A stretch of DNA of 64,000 bases from Pseudomonadota bacterium. GTDB taxonomy: Bacteria > Pseudomonadota > Alphaproteobacteria > RF32 > CAG-239. The notes below the pieces were generated by a model. The model was not told the origin of the DNA. It did no database searches and was given only the letters and a program-made list of their open reading frames with translations. Every line of letters begins with the position of its first letter. Position 1 is the stretch's first letter. The DNA lies in NCBI GenBank assembly GCA_918234285.1, contig CAKJXZ020000020.1, positions 1 to 64,000 of the forward strand. The letters are read 5' to 3'. Both the position numbers and the translations under genes were made by a program. Below are positions 30,050 through 41,075 of the stretch, one piece after another.

Positions 30050-30625
30050 TTAGGCGTTACCGGTTATACCGACAAAGCGGTCAAATTTAAGGCCGAGTTC
30101 GTCCAGAGAACGCTGCCATTTATCGGCATCATTAGTGCGAAACATCAGCTCTTTATTGGCATTTACCACAATCCAATCATTGTTGTAAATTTCCGTTTCC
30201 AGCTGTTTCGGCTGCCAAAACGAATAGCCGAGTGCCACCAGTTTTTCATCCGGACCGTGATCGAAGGCTATATCGGCGATAATTTCGGTGGTGGAAGAAA
30301 TGGCGATACCGTTACCGACAATGATTGTACCGTCCTTAAAATAATCGGTGGAATGCAACACCATTCCCCTGACCTGTTCGAGCGGACCGCCGGTATATAA
30401 ATTGATTTCGTTGAGTTTTTCATAACTTTGCAACGGCAACTGCATGGTTAAATCGGAAAAGGTGTATTTATCGAGCGGCTTATTGATGATTATCCCCATG
30501 GCACCGCGTTTGGTGTGCGAGCAAATATACACCACCGAGCGCCGGAATATTTCATCATCCGAGAGCGTCGGAGTTGCTACCAATAATTTGCCGTTTAGGG
30601 CATATTTCTCATCAAAATTTTCCAT
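30050..30625 (-). CDS. yqgE: YqgE/AlgH family protein
   Basis: GKLLVATP, F.RSVVYIC.H...GAMGIIINKP, GGP, GYS.W...QLE.EI. Confidence 0.92.
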   Translation of the reverse strand: MENFDEKYALNGKLLVATPTLSDDEIFRRSVVYICSHTKRGAMGIIINKPLDKYTFSDLTMQLPLQSYEKLNEINLYTGGPLEQVRGMVLHSTDYFKDGTIIVGNGIAISSTTEIIADIAFDHGPDEKLVALGYSFWQPKQLETEIYNNDWIVVNANKELMFRTNDADKWQRSLDELGLKFDRFVGITGNA

Positions 30626-30707
30626 GTTTGCACACAAGTTAAATAATCTTTTCTTTACTTTTTGAGTATATCATATTTTATTATGAATTAAAAGTTTAAA
30701 ATAAACA

Positions 30708-33380
30708 ATGAAACACCTGTTTTTTTATATAGTTTGCTTTTTGGCACTTTTCAACCGCACGGCCGGCGCTCTGGAGTCGCCGCAACTTCCCGATGACTTT
30801 GAAGGCAAACTGACACGAGAATATATTGCCAATTATATTGAAGACGACACTTACGAAACGACCTTTTTGCAAAATCTGAATATTTATTATGAAATCGGTT
30901 CGTATCTGTATCAAAAATATCCGTGGGAAGAAATAATCAAAGACGATTTTATCGAAAAGGTACGTGTATTTTTTCCCTATGACAATGAAGAACTACTGAA
31001 AAAAAAGCACAAATATTTAATCAACACTGCCTCCTTATATCAGATGGGACGCGATTTATATATTGAGATAGCCAATAAATATTTGGTTCCGCACGTTTAT
31101 CGCAAGGTGCACGATGAATCCGAATTTGACCATCCGCGCGAAGTGGCTTATATTCCAACCGCCGACGATGAATACGTTAAGGTATATAATTTCAAAAAAT
31201 TCCTCACTTACAGCAATAATTCCGACGAACTGAACGCTATTTCCGATTTCAAACGCAACAGCGAAAAAAATGACGATATTTTGACGCAGATTGACCGGAT
31301 TGTGGAAAAAGTTGATTGGAAAAAAGTCTGGCTCTACGGTACGGTATATCAAAACCCGCTGTTCTCGGAACTGGGTATCGGCGAATCGCAACACGGCGAC
31401 GGAATAAACGTGCGCCTTTTGGCGCGCAGTACCTATACCGAGGGAAAGGATACTCTCGATTACGGTATCCAGATAGTTACTCACGCTAAATATTTTGTGT
31501 TGGCCAACAACCTCGATAAAGATACCCTAAAACCGCAAATAGACTTTACCGGTTCGGAAAATGTCGCCGAGGTTGAAGTCTTGTACCCGCTGCCGCAGAA
31601 AACCAATGCTTTACCGCAAGCGCACAAATATTTCGGCAATTTTATAATCCCGTTGAAAGTAACACCGCAAAAACGCGACGAAGGTGTTACGCTTAAAACC
31701 GGTATAAATTTGACATTGTGCGATTATGAACTGAACTGCCGACCGCAAAAATTCGATTTACAACTGCACTCCGATGTAATCGGTCCGGATAAGTTCGACA
31801 ACGGTTTCGATAACCTATTTTTCAACAGTTTACGGCGGGTTCCGTTGGCGCAACAGGAGTTTTTGACATTGCAGCAATTTAACGTTGTCGATGCTCCGGA
31901 CGGCCAGCAACTCTTTTTGGAAATTGCAACATCAAAAAAAATCAAAAGCATCGAGGCATATATTGAAGATACCGAGGGATTTACGCAATTTGCGGCTCCC
32001 AATTACGTTGTGGGGGATGATAATGTTAAGATTTATTTCAAACCGTTGCAAAATGACGAGAATACCGATTTGAGCAACACCGATTACATCGTATCCCTCA
32101 ATTTAAACAACCGCATTTTTTATCGGGACAATCTGGTGCCGAATATAGCCCATACCTTGCAAAAAACGAATATTCCGACGACCGTTAAGACCGTTTTCCA
32201 TGCTCTCATAAGCGGTGTAATGCTGAACTTTTTACCGTGTTTGGCTCCGTTTATGCTGATGATCATATTAATGTTTATCCGCCTTTCCAAAAAGAAACCG
32301 GAAATGCTGCGCAAAGCAGTGATGAGCTGTGTTGAAGGATGCAGTGCCGGTTTGTTAATTGCCGCGATTATATTTATCGGCCAAAAATACACGGAACGCG
32401 ACATAATTTGGGGAATACAGTATGACCACGCGGCCCCGATGATTTTTCTGTTTCTCGGGTTCGGCACTTTATTAAAACTTTTACCGAATATACAAACTTA
32501 TATCACAGACACCGCCGCCATCAACCGACATAGGATATTTTGGGGTTGCGGAATAATCGGCGGAGTTATGTTTGTATTCAGTATTGCCCCGTATTTACCG
32601 CGACTTATGAATGTTGCCGTATCCGCTTCCGTATTGCAAGCGCTTTTGATATTGATACCGTTGATAATCGGATTAGCGACGATACCATTGTTTGTATATT
32701 ATTTGCTGACTAAACCAAACATGCGGCATTATCTGTTCAGCTGCCAGCAGGATATTACCAAGTTTATTCGCTATATTGTTTGGGCTTCACTGCTGTTTAT
32801 CTGGCTGTTCTGTGCCTTTTTATACGGTTTGTTGCATGCGCTGCTATTGGCCTTAATCATTACAGTTTGGATATTTGTGTGCGAATTGTATCAAAAGTTC
32901 CTTGATTATCTTGACGGAGCATTAGATGAAAGCATTACCGTTGAACAAATTCAAAATATCCGTCGCGGCAGTATAGTGTTTATGGGAATTATTTTCGCCC
33001 TATTCTTCGGAGGTTGTATTTATCTGACCGACCATGCCCGTTCCGCTAAAACGATAAATTCAACTTCGCCGCAAGATGTTGCGCAAATAATATCAACCCG
33101 CCAGAATAAACCTGTTCTGGTTATAGTGGGGGCCGATTGGTGTTTCAAATGCCAAATCAATCGTTGGTGGACGCTTAATCCATTGATGTTGAAGCAGTGG
33201 CAAGACCGTTATGATATGGTGGTTATTCGAGTATCGCAAACGCCGTATGTGGCACAATATATGCGCGAAAAAGAACAATATGATTTACCTTTTTATATTC
33301 TCTACACGATGAAATATCCGCAAGGAATAGTTTTAAACAGCGATATTGAAATAGAAAATATGGAATTGTTGCTGAATTAG
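30708..33380 (+). CDS. Large DsbD/ScsB-like protein-disulfide reductase homolog with N-terminal extension
   Basis: DsbD-N-like region with C....C, LNFLPC TM motif, C-terminal ADWCFKC thioredoxin. Confidence 0.75.
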   Translation: MKHLFFYIVCFLALFNRTAGALESPQLPDDFEGKLTREYIANYIEDDTYETTFLQNLNIYYEIGSYLYQKYPWEEIIKDDFIEKVRVFFPYDNEELLKKKHKYLINTASLYQMGRDLYIEIANKYLVPHVYRKVHDESEFDHPREVAYIPTADDEYVKVYNFKKFLTYSNNSDELNAISDFKRNSEKNDDILTQIDRIVEKVDWKKVWLYGTVYQNPLFSELGIGESQHGDGINVRLLARSTYTEGKDTLDYGIQIVTHAKYFVLANNLDKDTLKPQIDFTGSENVAEVEVLYPLPQKTNALPQAHKYFGNFIIPLKVTPQKRDEGVTLKTGINLTLCDYELNCRPQKFDLQLHSDVIGPDKFDNGFDNLFFNSLRRVPLAQQEFLTLQQFNVVDAPDGQQLFLEIATSKKIKSIEAYIEDTEGFTQFAAPNYVVGDDNVKIYFKPLQNDENTDLSNTDYIVSLNLNNRIFYRDNLVPNIAHTLQKTNIPTTVKTVFHALISGVMLNFLPCLAPFMLMIILMFIRLSKKKPEMLRKAVMSCVEGCSAGLLIAAIIFIGQKYTERDIIWGIQYDHAAPMIFLFLGFGTLLKLLPNIQTYITDTAAINRHRIFWGCGIIGGVMFVFSIAPYLPRLMNVAVSASVLQALLILIPLIIGLATIPLFVYYLLTKPNMRHYLFSCQQDITKFIRYIVWASLLFIWLFCAFLYGLLHALLLALIITVWIFVCELYQKFLDYLDGALDESITVEQIQNIRRGSIVFMGIIFALFFGGCIYLTDHARSAKTINSTSPQDVAQIISTRQNKPVLVIVGADWCFKCQINRWWTLNPLMLKQWQDRYDMVVIRVSQTPYVAQYMREKEQYDLPFYILYTMKYPQGIVLNSDIEIENMELLLN

Positions 33381-33452
33381 CCGCTGATAATATTGCAAAA
33401 AAGAAACGCCGATAAAATATCAGCGTTTCTTTTATAAATACAGAATATGCGA

Positions 33453-33656
33453 TTAATCTCTGTCTTCGCGGTTGATACCTTGCATTCTTTCATAAATTTC
33501 CGCTTGTCTTCTTCTTTGTTCCATAACAGACATTTTTTCTTCACCGCGGCTTATTCTGGTTTCGTTTTCCAAAGCAACTTCATCTTTAGCGACTTCAACC
33601 GTCGTTTTTTCGCGAGTATGCTTCAATGCTTCTTTAGGTGTTTGTGGTTTTACCAT
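33453..33656 (-). CDS. Small charged hypothetical protein
   Basis: SD aaggag; follows the 849-aa gene; terminator hairpin ~33398-33433 downstream. Confidence 0.75.
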   Translation of the reverse strand: MVKPQTPKEALKHTREKTTVEVAKDEVALENETRISRGEEKMSVMEQRRRQAEIYERMQGINREDRD

Positions 33657-33679
33657 TTTATTACTCCTTTTCTAAGTTA

Positions 33680-36229
33680 TTAATTATAAACATTGCCTTT
33701 ATTAGGCGTTATATTACGGACAACCGACTTATCGGATTTGGCAGGCGCGGTCTTTTCCGCCGTGTCTTTTCCCGATACGGTTGCCGTTTTCCCGGTTTGC
33801 GAATGATGTTCTTCGCCCGAATACTCACTTTCCTCGGCCGCCTGTGTCCCCGAATTCTGTTTCGGGTGGGTGCGACGATATTCCGGCAAATATACATCAT
33901 TGAATTTCTTAAAATCAAGGCGAACGTTGCCGATTTTAATGAGTTCAATCTTGTCGATACCTAAAGCGGTCAAGTCGTCGTTAATACTGTCGCAGTTACC
34001 GATGGCGGTATTACAAGCCTCACGCAATGCAATATGCGGGGCGGCTCGCGGACCATAAACCGAAGCATCGCCGTAAGATTTTTCAATCAGTTGATCACGC
34101 AAATAGAACTCGGTTTCTTTGGTTCTTAAATCGTGATTATACAAGATATTAAACAATTCTTCCATCTGCTGATTGTTAAACTTGTGTATCGGTCCGCCCA
34201 AAGCACGCACTCTGGCTTTTTCATCATTTGATAACCCTCTGATACCCGGCGCGTTCATAACATCGCCGCCGCGTTCAAGAGCGGTTTTATATACTTCAAA
34301 CGTTTTCAGCAAAGCCTTATAGGCGGCAACTTTCTTAACCGCTCCCTCATAAGGATCCTGAGTACGCAAAATTCCTTTAATCTTACTCTTAAGCACTTTG
34401 GAATATGCGTCGGTAAAGGCCGAATAACGATAGGTATTGATTAAACCGTCAATAAAGGCCTGCTCGCTTTCGCTGACGGTCTTGCCCTTTTCACGATTGT
34501 GCTTATTCATCTGTTTGGCCAAACGATATTTATACTCAGCCAAATCTTCGGCACTGAGTTTTTCCTTGGCCGCTTTCAGCATACCTTCGGCCTTGGATTT
34601 ATCAAGACCCATACCGATAGGAACAATGCCTTTTTCACCCATAGCCTTACGCCACATACCTTTTTCGTCATTCTTCGGCATTCCCGGCGGGAACGTAATC
34701 GCGGTATATCCTAAATCTTTCAACTGGCCGACGATATCTCCCAAATAACTTTCATCAATCTTTTTGTGGTTAGGGGTACGATAGGCAAAATGTAAAACGC
34801 CTTTATCGTCAACATCAATAAACAATTTAAGCGCATAAGTATATTTAACACTGCCGTCTTTGGTTTTCATGCCGTCTTTCTTGCGGTTGTCTTTATCTTC
34901 GCTGTCATAAATGATAAACTCGGTCCAGCCGCCACCGAAAAAGCCGGTACTGGTTTTCCAATAAGATAAGTTTTTCTCTTTGCTCCAGCCTTCCTGCATC
35001 ATTTTTTCAAAGAGAGCGACCGCCTTCTTTTTGGTTATTTTGTTCGGCGCCGGAGTTGCCGCGTTTTGCGTCGGTACCGATACCGATTGAGCCGCGTTGA
35101 TATTACCGTTTTCTTCGGCTGCGTGCGCATCCAGATTATCCGGAACATCGCTGTCCGGAACCGCCGCGGTTGCCACACCTCTGGCTAAACGTTGTACCTT
35201 ACCGAGGTTTTCCGGAGCTTTTTCCGCCACGGCCGTCTCATCGTCATAATCCGGATATAACGGCTCCGAAACTGCGGAAGAAACAAAATCTTCTTCCGGC
35301 AAATCATACGAGATATCATCTTTTGAAACACCTTCCGGCAGTTTGCCATCGGTAGTCAGACTGATATTCTGTAACTCTTCCTCAAGCTCTTTTTCGCGTT
35401 TCTTTTGGGCGGCATATTCTTTGGCATTAGCTTCGGCAATCTCTGCTTCTTTAGCTGCCTTAGCCTCAGTTAATGCCTGATTGATTCTTTCTCTGATGGC
35501 TGACTCGGCCAACGTACCGTCAAAATTACGGATTTCCATATCGGAAACGGAAAGACCGTGGGCTTCGCAAAAAGCAAAAATTGCTTTAAGTTTTTCATCG
35601 TCGAGATTATTCTGAGTTTCTTCATCAAACGAAAGTTGCATCTTAATCTGCGGCGGCATATTCGGCTGATTGTACTCCATCATACCGATATTGTATTCTA
35701 CGTCAGCTTCTTTATCGCTGATATGCAGAGCCAATTGTTTAACCCGCTCGTCTCTGTCGGCGCGCATTTTGAAATATTGATCTTGCGTCAGCATATCGCC
35801 GTTATCGGTAATATCCACTTCAACAAATTGTATTTCTTCGGGATTGCCGTATTTTTCGTTATTATCTTTAATGTGATACAGATGAGCAAATTCGTTACCG
35901 TATTCGTGCAGATAATCCGCATATTTTTTGACCGAATCATATCTTTTTTGCACCGGCTGACGCGAGCGATTAAGGTAGATATATTCACGACTCAGCTGTT
36001 CGGCGGAAAACCCCCTTTTATCTTCGTCTTCCTCTTTGCTGATTACATCGAGTTCCCGACGATATTCATCATACTCGTCGAGTTCTTCTTTTAATGATTC
36101 CATGGTTGTTGCAAATTTCTTTTGCAATTCCTCCTCCGAATAATCCTTCGGAAGCCGGCTGAGTCCTTTATTTTCAAGGTAAGATTGCGCAACGATTACG
36201 TCATCTTTTTCCATCTGATTTTCGGCCAT
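33680..36229 (-). CDS. Large hypothetical protein (849 aa)
   Basis: Long open frame with G-rich SD; acidic N-half, no recognisable motif. Confidence 0.85.
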   Translation of the reverse strand: MAENQMEKDDVIVAQSYLENKGLSRLPKDYSEEELQKKFATTMESLKEELDEYDEYRRELDVISKEEDEDKRGFSAEQLSREYIYLNRSRQPVQKRYDSVKKYADYLHEYGNEFAHLYHIKDNNEKYGNPEEIQFVEVDITDNGDMLTQDQYFKMRADRDERVKQLALHISDKEADVEYNIGMMEYNQPNMPPQIKMQLSFDEETQNNLDDEKLKAIFAFCEAHGLSVSDMEIRNFDGTLAESAIRERINQALTEAKAAKEAEIAEANAKEYAAQKKREKELEEELQNISLTTDGKLPEGVSKDDISYDLPEEDFVSSAVSEPLYPDYDDETAVAEKAPENLGKVQRLARGVATAAVPDSDVPDNLDAHAAEENGNINAAQSVSVPTQNAATPAPNKITKKKAVALFEKMMQEGWSKEKNLSYWKTSTGFFGGGWTEFIIYDSEDKDNRKKDGMKTKDGSVKYTYALKLFIDVDDKGVLHFAYRTPNHKKIDESYLGDIVGQLKDLGYTAITFPPGMPKNDEKGMWRKAMGEKGIVPIGMGLDKSKAEGMLKAAKEKLSAEDLAEYKYRLAKQMNKHNREKGKTVSESEQAFIDGLINTYRYSAFTDAYSKVLKSKIKGILRTQDPYEGAVKKVAAYKALLKTFEVYKTALERGGDVMNAPGIRGLSNDEKARVRALGGPIHKFNNQQMEELFNILYNHDLRTKETEFYLRDQLIEKSYGDASVYGPRAAPHIALREACNTAIGNCDSINDDLTALGIDKIELIKIGNVRLDFKKFNDVYLPEYRRTHPKQNSGTQAAEESEYSGEEHHSQTGKTATVSGKDTAEKTAPAKSDKSVVRNITPNKGNVYN

Positions 36230-36306
36230 GAATACCCCCCATTATCTTAAGTTTGCCCGTAATATAACACACTTTTTTGCAAATAGCAACAACTTTTGAC
36301 AAAAAA

Positions 36307-36849
36307 TTAACGCTTACGCAGAAATAAAACCCGAGCCAGGCCGTAAATCCGCTCATCCAGCAGTTCAAATGCCTCCGGCAGAGGAAAAAGTTCGTCTTTA
36401 CGTACCTCAACCACACAAATTGCCTGTTCGCCGAGCCAATTTTGTGCAAGTAATTGCTCCAAAGCCAGTTCCGTCAGCCCTTTAGCATACGGCGCATCCA
36501 TAAAAATCATATCATATTTCCGACGTGCCCGCGGCAAACGGGTGGCATCGGCTTTCAAAACAGCAAAGCGCTCTTTTTCTGAGGCAAACAATTTGGCATT
36601 TTTGCTGATCGGCACCGTATCAATGTCGGCAAACGTGACATAGCCGAAACCGCGCGACAATGCCTCAAAGCCGAAAGCGCCGGTGCCACAAAAAATATCC
36701 AAAAGGCTCAATTTGCCGTAATCGCCGCCGAGTTTAGAGTATAAAATATTAAAAATCGCTTCGCGCGCCCGCTCCGATGTCGGCCGTACGTCCTTGCCTT
36801 CCGGTGCCCATAACTTTTTACCGCGATATTTGCCGCCGACTATTCTCAT
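36307..36849 (-). CDS. rsmD: 16S rRNA m2G966 methyltransferase
   Basis: MRIVGGKYRG, RPTSERAREAIFN, LDIFCGTGA.G.EALSRG, DAPY. Confidence 0.95.
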   Translation of the reverse strand: MRIVGGKYRGKKLWAPEGKDVRPTSERAREAIFNILYSKLGGDYGKLSLLDIFCGTGAFGFEALSRGFGYVTFADIDTVPISKNAKLFASEKERFAVLKADATRLPRARRKYDMIFMDAPYAKGLTELALEQLLAQNWLGEQAICVVEVRKDELFPLPEAFELLDERIYGLARVLFLRKR

Positions 36850-37562
36850 AACTTATCCCCGAGTTGTTCCTTAAGCACCTTTTGCGGCACTTCTTTGACT
36901 TCGCCCTTTTGCAAACTGCCAAGCTGAAACGGCCCGTATGACAAACGAATCAGCCGAGCCACCTCGAGCCCGATTGACTTCATCAATTTGCGCACTTCGC
37001 GATTTTTTCCTTCGTTTAACGTAACCAAAAGCCAGCTGTTAGAGCCGTTTTGGCTCTCGAGTTCGATTTTAACCTTGCCGTACTGCACGCCGTCGATAAC
37101 CACTCCCTTTTCTAGTTCTGCCAATTTTTTGGGCTCGACTTTGCCGTGCACCCGTACTTTATAGCGGCGGCTCCAACCGTTGGCCGGCAACTCCAGTTTG
37201 CGCGAAAGCTCGCCGCTGTTGGTCAACAAAAGCAAACCTTCCGAGTTCAAATCGAGCCGGCCCACGCTGATAACCCGCGGCATTTCCGGCGGCAGATTAT
37301 CGAATACCGTCGGACGATTTTCCGTATCTTTGTGGGTGGTCAGCAGACCGGTCGGTTTATGATACAACCACAACCGTGTCTGCTCAATTGTCGGCAACTT
37401 TTCGCCGTCGAGCAAAATCTTTTCGTTGCCCTCAACATTAAAAGCCGGACTTTCGACGAGTTTGCCGTCAACCGTAACCCGCTTTTGCTTAATCAGCTCC
37501 TCGGCCTGTCGCCTTGAACAAACTCCGCTCCGTGCCATAAATTTTGCAATCCGTTCCGTCAT
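36846..37562 (-). CDS. rluB: rRNA pseudouridine synthase (RsuA/RluB family)
   Basis: S4 domain SRRQAE, VGRLD.NSEGLLLLTN, EGKNREVR. Confidence 0.88.
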   Translation of the reverse strand: MTERIAKFMARSGVCSRRQAEELIKQKRVTVDGKLVESPAFNVEGNEKILLDGEKLPTIEQTRLWLYHKPTGLLTTHKDTENRPTVFDNLPPEMPRVISVGRLDLNSEGLLLLTNSGELSRKLELPANGWSRRYKVRVHGKVEPKKLAELEKGVVIDGVQYGKVKIELESQNGSNSWLLVTLNEGKNREVRKLMKSIGLEVARLIRLSYGPFQLGSLQKGEVKEVPQKVLKEQLGDKL

Positions 37563-37625
37563 TTTTCTTCCTTTTTTGATAAATATGGTTTATAGTAGCA
37601 AACAAGTCTAAAAAAAGAGTGAACA

Positions 37626-38078
37626 ATGACTAACGAAGAATATATGCAAATTGCGCTCAAATTGGCACGACAGGCGGCACAAAACGACGAGGTGCCGATT
37701 GCGGCATTGGTGGTTAATCCAAGCACCGGCGAGATTATTGCCGCGGCCGCCAATGAAAGCGCGCACGGTTCTGATGCCACGGCGCATGCCGAAATTTTAG
37801 CCATTCGCCGCGCCTGCGAGAAGCTCAATACTACCCGTTTGTGGGATTTGGATATGTATGTTACGCTCGAACCGTGCACCATGTGTGCGGCGGCGATTTC
37901 TTTTGCCCGTATTCGTAATCTTTATTTCGGCGCGGCGGACGAAAAAGGCGGTGCCATCGTCAGCGGGGTTAAATTTTTTGAGGCCCCTACCTGCCACCAT
38001 CGCCCTAATGTTGTCGGCGGCATTTGTGCCGACGAATGCGGCACTCTGCTCAAAGAATTCTTCAAAGCCAAACGTTGA
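37626..38078 (+). CDS. tadA: tRNA adenosine deaminase
   Basis: EVPI, TAHAE, TLEPCTMC, FFK.KR. Confidence 0.92.
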   Translation: MTNEEYMQIALKLARQAAQNDEVPIAALVVNPSTGEIIAAAANESAHGSDATAHAEILAIRRACEKLNTTRLWDLDMYVTLEPCTMCAAAISFARIRNLYFGAADEKGGAIVSGVKFFEAPTCHHRPNVVGGICADECGTLLKEFFKAKR

Positions 38079-38090
38079 TACAGTAAAAAT

Positions 38091-38537
38091 TTATATAGCT
38101 TTGATTTTTTCAACTTCAGCGCGCGCAAGTGCATCGCAACGCTCGTTTTCGGCATGGCCGTTATGCCCTTTTACCCACACCCAGCGAATTTCGTGCTGAT
38201 TAACCAACTCATCAAGCTTTTGCCACAGGTCGATGTTTTTAACTTCCTGCTTTTTGTGTGCCGTATGCCAGCCGTTTTGTTTCCAGTTTACCATCCACTC
38301 GGTAATTCCTTTCATCACATACTGGCTGTCGGTATACAGCGAAATATTGCAGGTTTTCTTCAAAGCGCTCAGCGCCGATATTACCGCCATCAGCTCCATC
38401 CGGTTGTTGGTGGTATTTTCCTCGCCGCCGCTCAATTCTTTTTCTACGTCCTTATAGCGCAGAATCGCACCCCAACCGCCGGCTCCGGGATTACCGGAAC
38501 AAGCGCCGTCCGTAAAAATTTCCACTCGTGCCGTCAT
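38091..38537 (-). CDS. rnhA: Ribonuclease HI
   Basis: [36 protein letters not shown]. Confidence 0.97.
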   Translation of the reverse strand: MTARVEIFTDGACSGNPGAGGWGAILRYKDVEKELSGGEENTTNNRMELMAVISALSALKKTCNISLYTDSQYVMKGITEWMVNWKQNGWHTAHKKQEVKNIDLWQKLDELVNQHEIRWVWVKGHNGHAENERCDALARAEVEKIKAI

Positions 38538-39601
38538 TCGACTTCCTTCAAAAATTCGCTGAAAAATTCATTGAGCAACAAATCGGAACTGTCTTCCGAA
38601 CGCATAGCCTTCGCCACAAACGAGCGCAGATTGTTTTTTGCCCCGTAAATGCGGAAAGATTTAGGCATTGCCCCGTCGGCACCGACCACGCCGTTAATCA
38701 GCAAATCATCTTCCACAAACTCCGAAAGCACAATCTCAATATGCGCAAACTTCATAATTCCGCGCGGCGGCAAACGCAACTCCGGTTTGGTAATCAGATT
38801 AAGATGTCCTTCCAAACCGAGCATATTTGCCGTCATGTTATAATCGGAAAAGCGCACGCGGTTATATTCGCCGCCGGTGTTATCGGTGGTGCAGGTCAGA
38901 TACAACTCGCGCGCAATGGCATTACTGTCGTTGATACAATGCACATCAAAACCGATTTTAACATATTTTTGTGGCGGGGTATCGATGGTTTTCGGATACA
39001 GTATGTCTTCCTCGTCGTTTTCCACCACTTCCAAACTGCGGTTTTCCAGCTCCAGCGACACATTCGGTTGCGGACGGCGGCCGAACATTCCGGCAATAAC
39101 CGCATACGGTGCCGGCACATTGTTGGAACCGGAGCGGATATACATGGTGTTACCGATAGTGGTCATCAGCGGCGCGATTTCCGATTTAGGAATATAGGTG
39201 GCCAGATAACCGTCGCCGTTTTTATCTTCACAAATAATATGGTTGCGTACCCGGTTGTGGCTCGGAATGGTGCAGCCGGAGATGGCGCTTTCCACCCAGC
39301 TCATAAAACGATGTACGTTTCTGACCTTGACTTTAGCCTTGGCCACATCGCCGATATCAATATCGCGCGAGCATTCCACCCCCCAGACGATTACACCTCC
39401 CTCAGAGTTGCCGAAGCCGGAAATACATTTGGCTAAATTGCGCCGGTCATCGGGGCTCAAAGACCAACCGTGTTTGCCGGTGGACGAGGCCTGCTTAAAA
39501 TCCATAAACAGCTCCTCGGTTTGGCGGCTGCGAATAAACTCATCCAACGCATCTTCGCCGAAATAAATAAGCTTTTCAAAAATATCTTCAGCTCGCGACA
39601 T
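38534..39601 (-). CDS. Schlafen/AlbA_2 domain protein with beta-rich C-terminal domain
   Basis: [30 protein letters not shown]. Confidence 0.85.
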   Translation of the reverse strand: MSRAEDIFEKLIYFGEDALDEFIRSRQTEELFMDFKQASSTGKHGWSLSPDDRRNLAKCISGFGNSEGGVIVWGVECSRDIDIGDVAKAKVKVRNVHRFMSWVESAISGCTIPSHNRVRNHIICEDKNGDGYLATYIPKSEIAPLMTTIGNTMYIRSGSNNVPAPYAVIAGMFGRRPQPNVSLELENRSLEVVENDEEDILYPKTIDTPPQKYVKIGFDVHCINDSNAIARELYLTCTTDNTGGEYNRVRFSDYNMTANMLGLEGHLNLITKPELRLPPRGIMKFAHIEIVLSEFVEDDLLINGVVGADGAMPKSFRIYGAKNNLRSFVAKAMRSEDSSDLLLNEFFSEFLKEVE

Positions 39602-39674
39602 AGCTTGCTCCTTTGTTTGTTTGAGCGCATTATAACCGATACAATGTAAAAATACAATTAAAGAACGGCTGTTT

Positions 39675-41060
39675 TTAACAATTCATCGCATTCTTGGCAA
39701 TACCGGCCAGGGAGGTTTCTTTATAATCCTGATTTAAGCTCAGGCCGGTTTCGTACATGGTTTTAATAATACTATCCAGGCTCACGATATGCGTGCCGGT
39801 GCGTTGCAAAGCCAGACGCGCCGCATTTACTGCCTTTATTGCTCCCATGGCATTACGCTCAATGCATGGCACTTGTACCAAGCCGTTAATCGGATCACAG
39901 GTCAATCCGAGATTATGCTCCATCGCGATTTCTGCGGCGTTTTCAATTTGGGCATTATTCCCGCCGAATGCCGCCGCCAAACCGCCGGCCGCCATCGAAC
40001 AGGCAACCCCCACTTCGCCCTGACAACCGACTTCGGCGCCGGAAATGGAAGCATTGGTACGATAAAGGCTGCAAATAGCCGAGGCCGTGGCCAGAAACGT
40101 AATCGCGGCATTTTTCTTTTCGGTTTCATTACGGAATTTACCATAGCGTTCCATATAGCGCATTACCGCCGGAATCAGACCGGCTGAGCCCATAGTCGGA
40201 GCTGTAACCATTCGTCCGCCGCAAGCGTTTTCTTCCGCCACGGCAAATGCCCATATATTTATCCAATCAATCGCCGTCAGCGAGTCCGTATCATTATTAT
40301 TGAAGCGGTTTTGCAAACGCTCATACATTTCTTTGGCATGACGTTTTACTTTTAATCCGCCCGGCAAATAGCCGTCTTTTTGCATACCGATATCGATATT
40401 TTCCTGCATAATCTGTGCCAATTTCAGTATCTGTTTACTGATTGAGAACTGTTTACCCCAGATTTTTTTCTCATTTTGCAGCACCAGCTCGGCAATCGTC
40501 ATTTTATTTTGTTTGCAAATCTGCATTAATTCGGCACAAGTTTCAAATTGATACGGCACCTCATAAGGCTGACGATCAATGCGGTGTGTAATTTCATCAC
40601 GTCGGGCAATGGTGCCGCCGCCGACGGAAAAATAGGTTTCTTCAAGCAAAACTTTGCCTGACGCATCATAAGCGGTAAACATCATACCGTTCGAGTGCTC
40701 GGTTAAGCAGATTTTCTTTTCCAAAACAATATCATCATCAAACGAAAAATCTATCTCGTGCCGACCGCCGAGATTAAGTTTTCCGCTCTCTTTGATTTGC
40801 GCAATATAGTCTGTTTGCGGGTCAATATCTTCCGCCGTCAGACCGGACAAACCGTAGGCAACGGCATTGAGAGTACCGTGACCGATACCGGTCAGCGCCA
40901 ACGAGCCGTATAAATGCGTTTTAAGGCACGCAACATCTGCCAACATGTTCTGCGCCTGCAGATTGTCGGCAAAGCGCTTGGCTGCCCGCATCGGACCTAC
41001 AGTATGAGAACTCGACGGCCCGATACCGACGGAAAATATTTCAAACAGACTGTAATACAT
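39675..41060 (-). CDS. sdaA: L-serine ammonia-lyase (Fe-S)
   Basis: [46 protein letters not shown]. Confidence 0.97.
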   Translation of the reverse strand: MYYSLFEIFSVGIGPSSSHTVGPMRAAKRFADNLQAQNMLADVACLKTHLYGSLALTGIGHGTLNAVAYGLSGLTAEDIDPQTDYIAQIKESGKLNLGGRHEIDFSFDDDIVLEKKICLTEHSNGMMFTAYDASGKVLLEETYFSVGGGTIARRDEITHRIDRQPYEVPYQFETCAELMQICKQNKMTIAELVLQNEKKIWGKQFSISKQILKLAQIMQENIDIGMQKDGYLPGGLKVKRHAKEMYERLQNRFNNNDTDSLTAIDWINIWAFAVAEENACGGRMVTAPTMGSAGLIPAVMRYMERYGKFRNETEKKNAAITFLATASAICSLYRTNASISGAEVGCQGEVGVACSMAAGGLAAAFGGNNAQIENAAEIAMEHNLGLTCDPINGLVQVPCIERNAMGAIKAVNAARLALQRTGTHIVSLDSIIKTMYETGLSLNQDYKETSLAGIAKNAMNC

Positions 41061-41075
41061 TTATGTTACGACGGC

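Noticed and set aside
38528-39436. 302-aa plus-strand ORF
   Set aside because: Fully antisense to the AlbA_2 gene, with no motifs.
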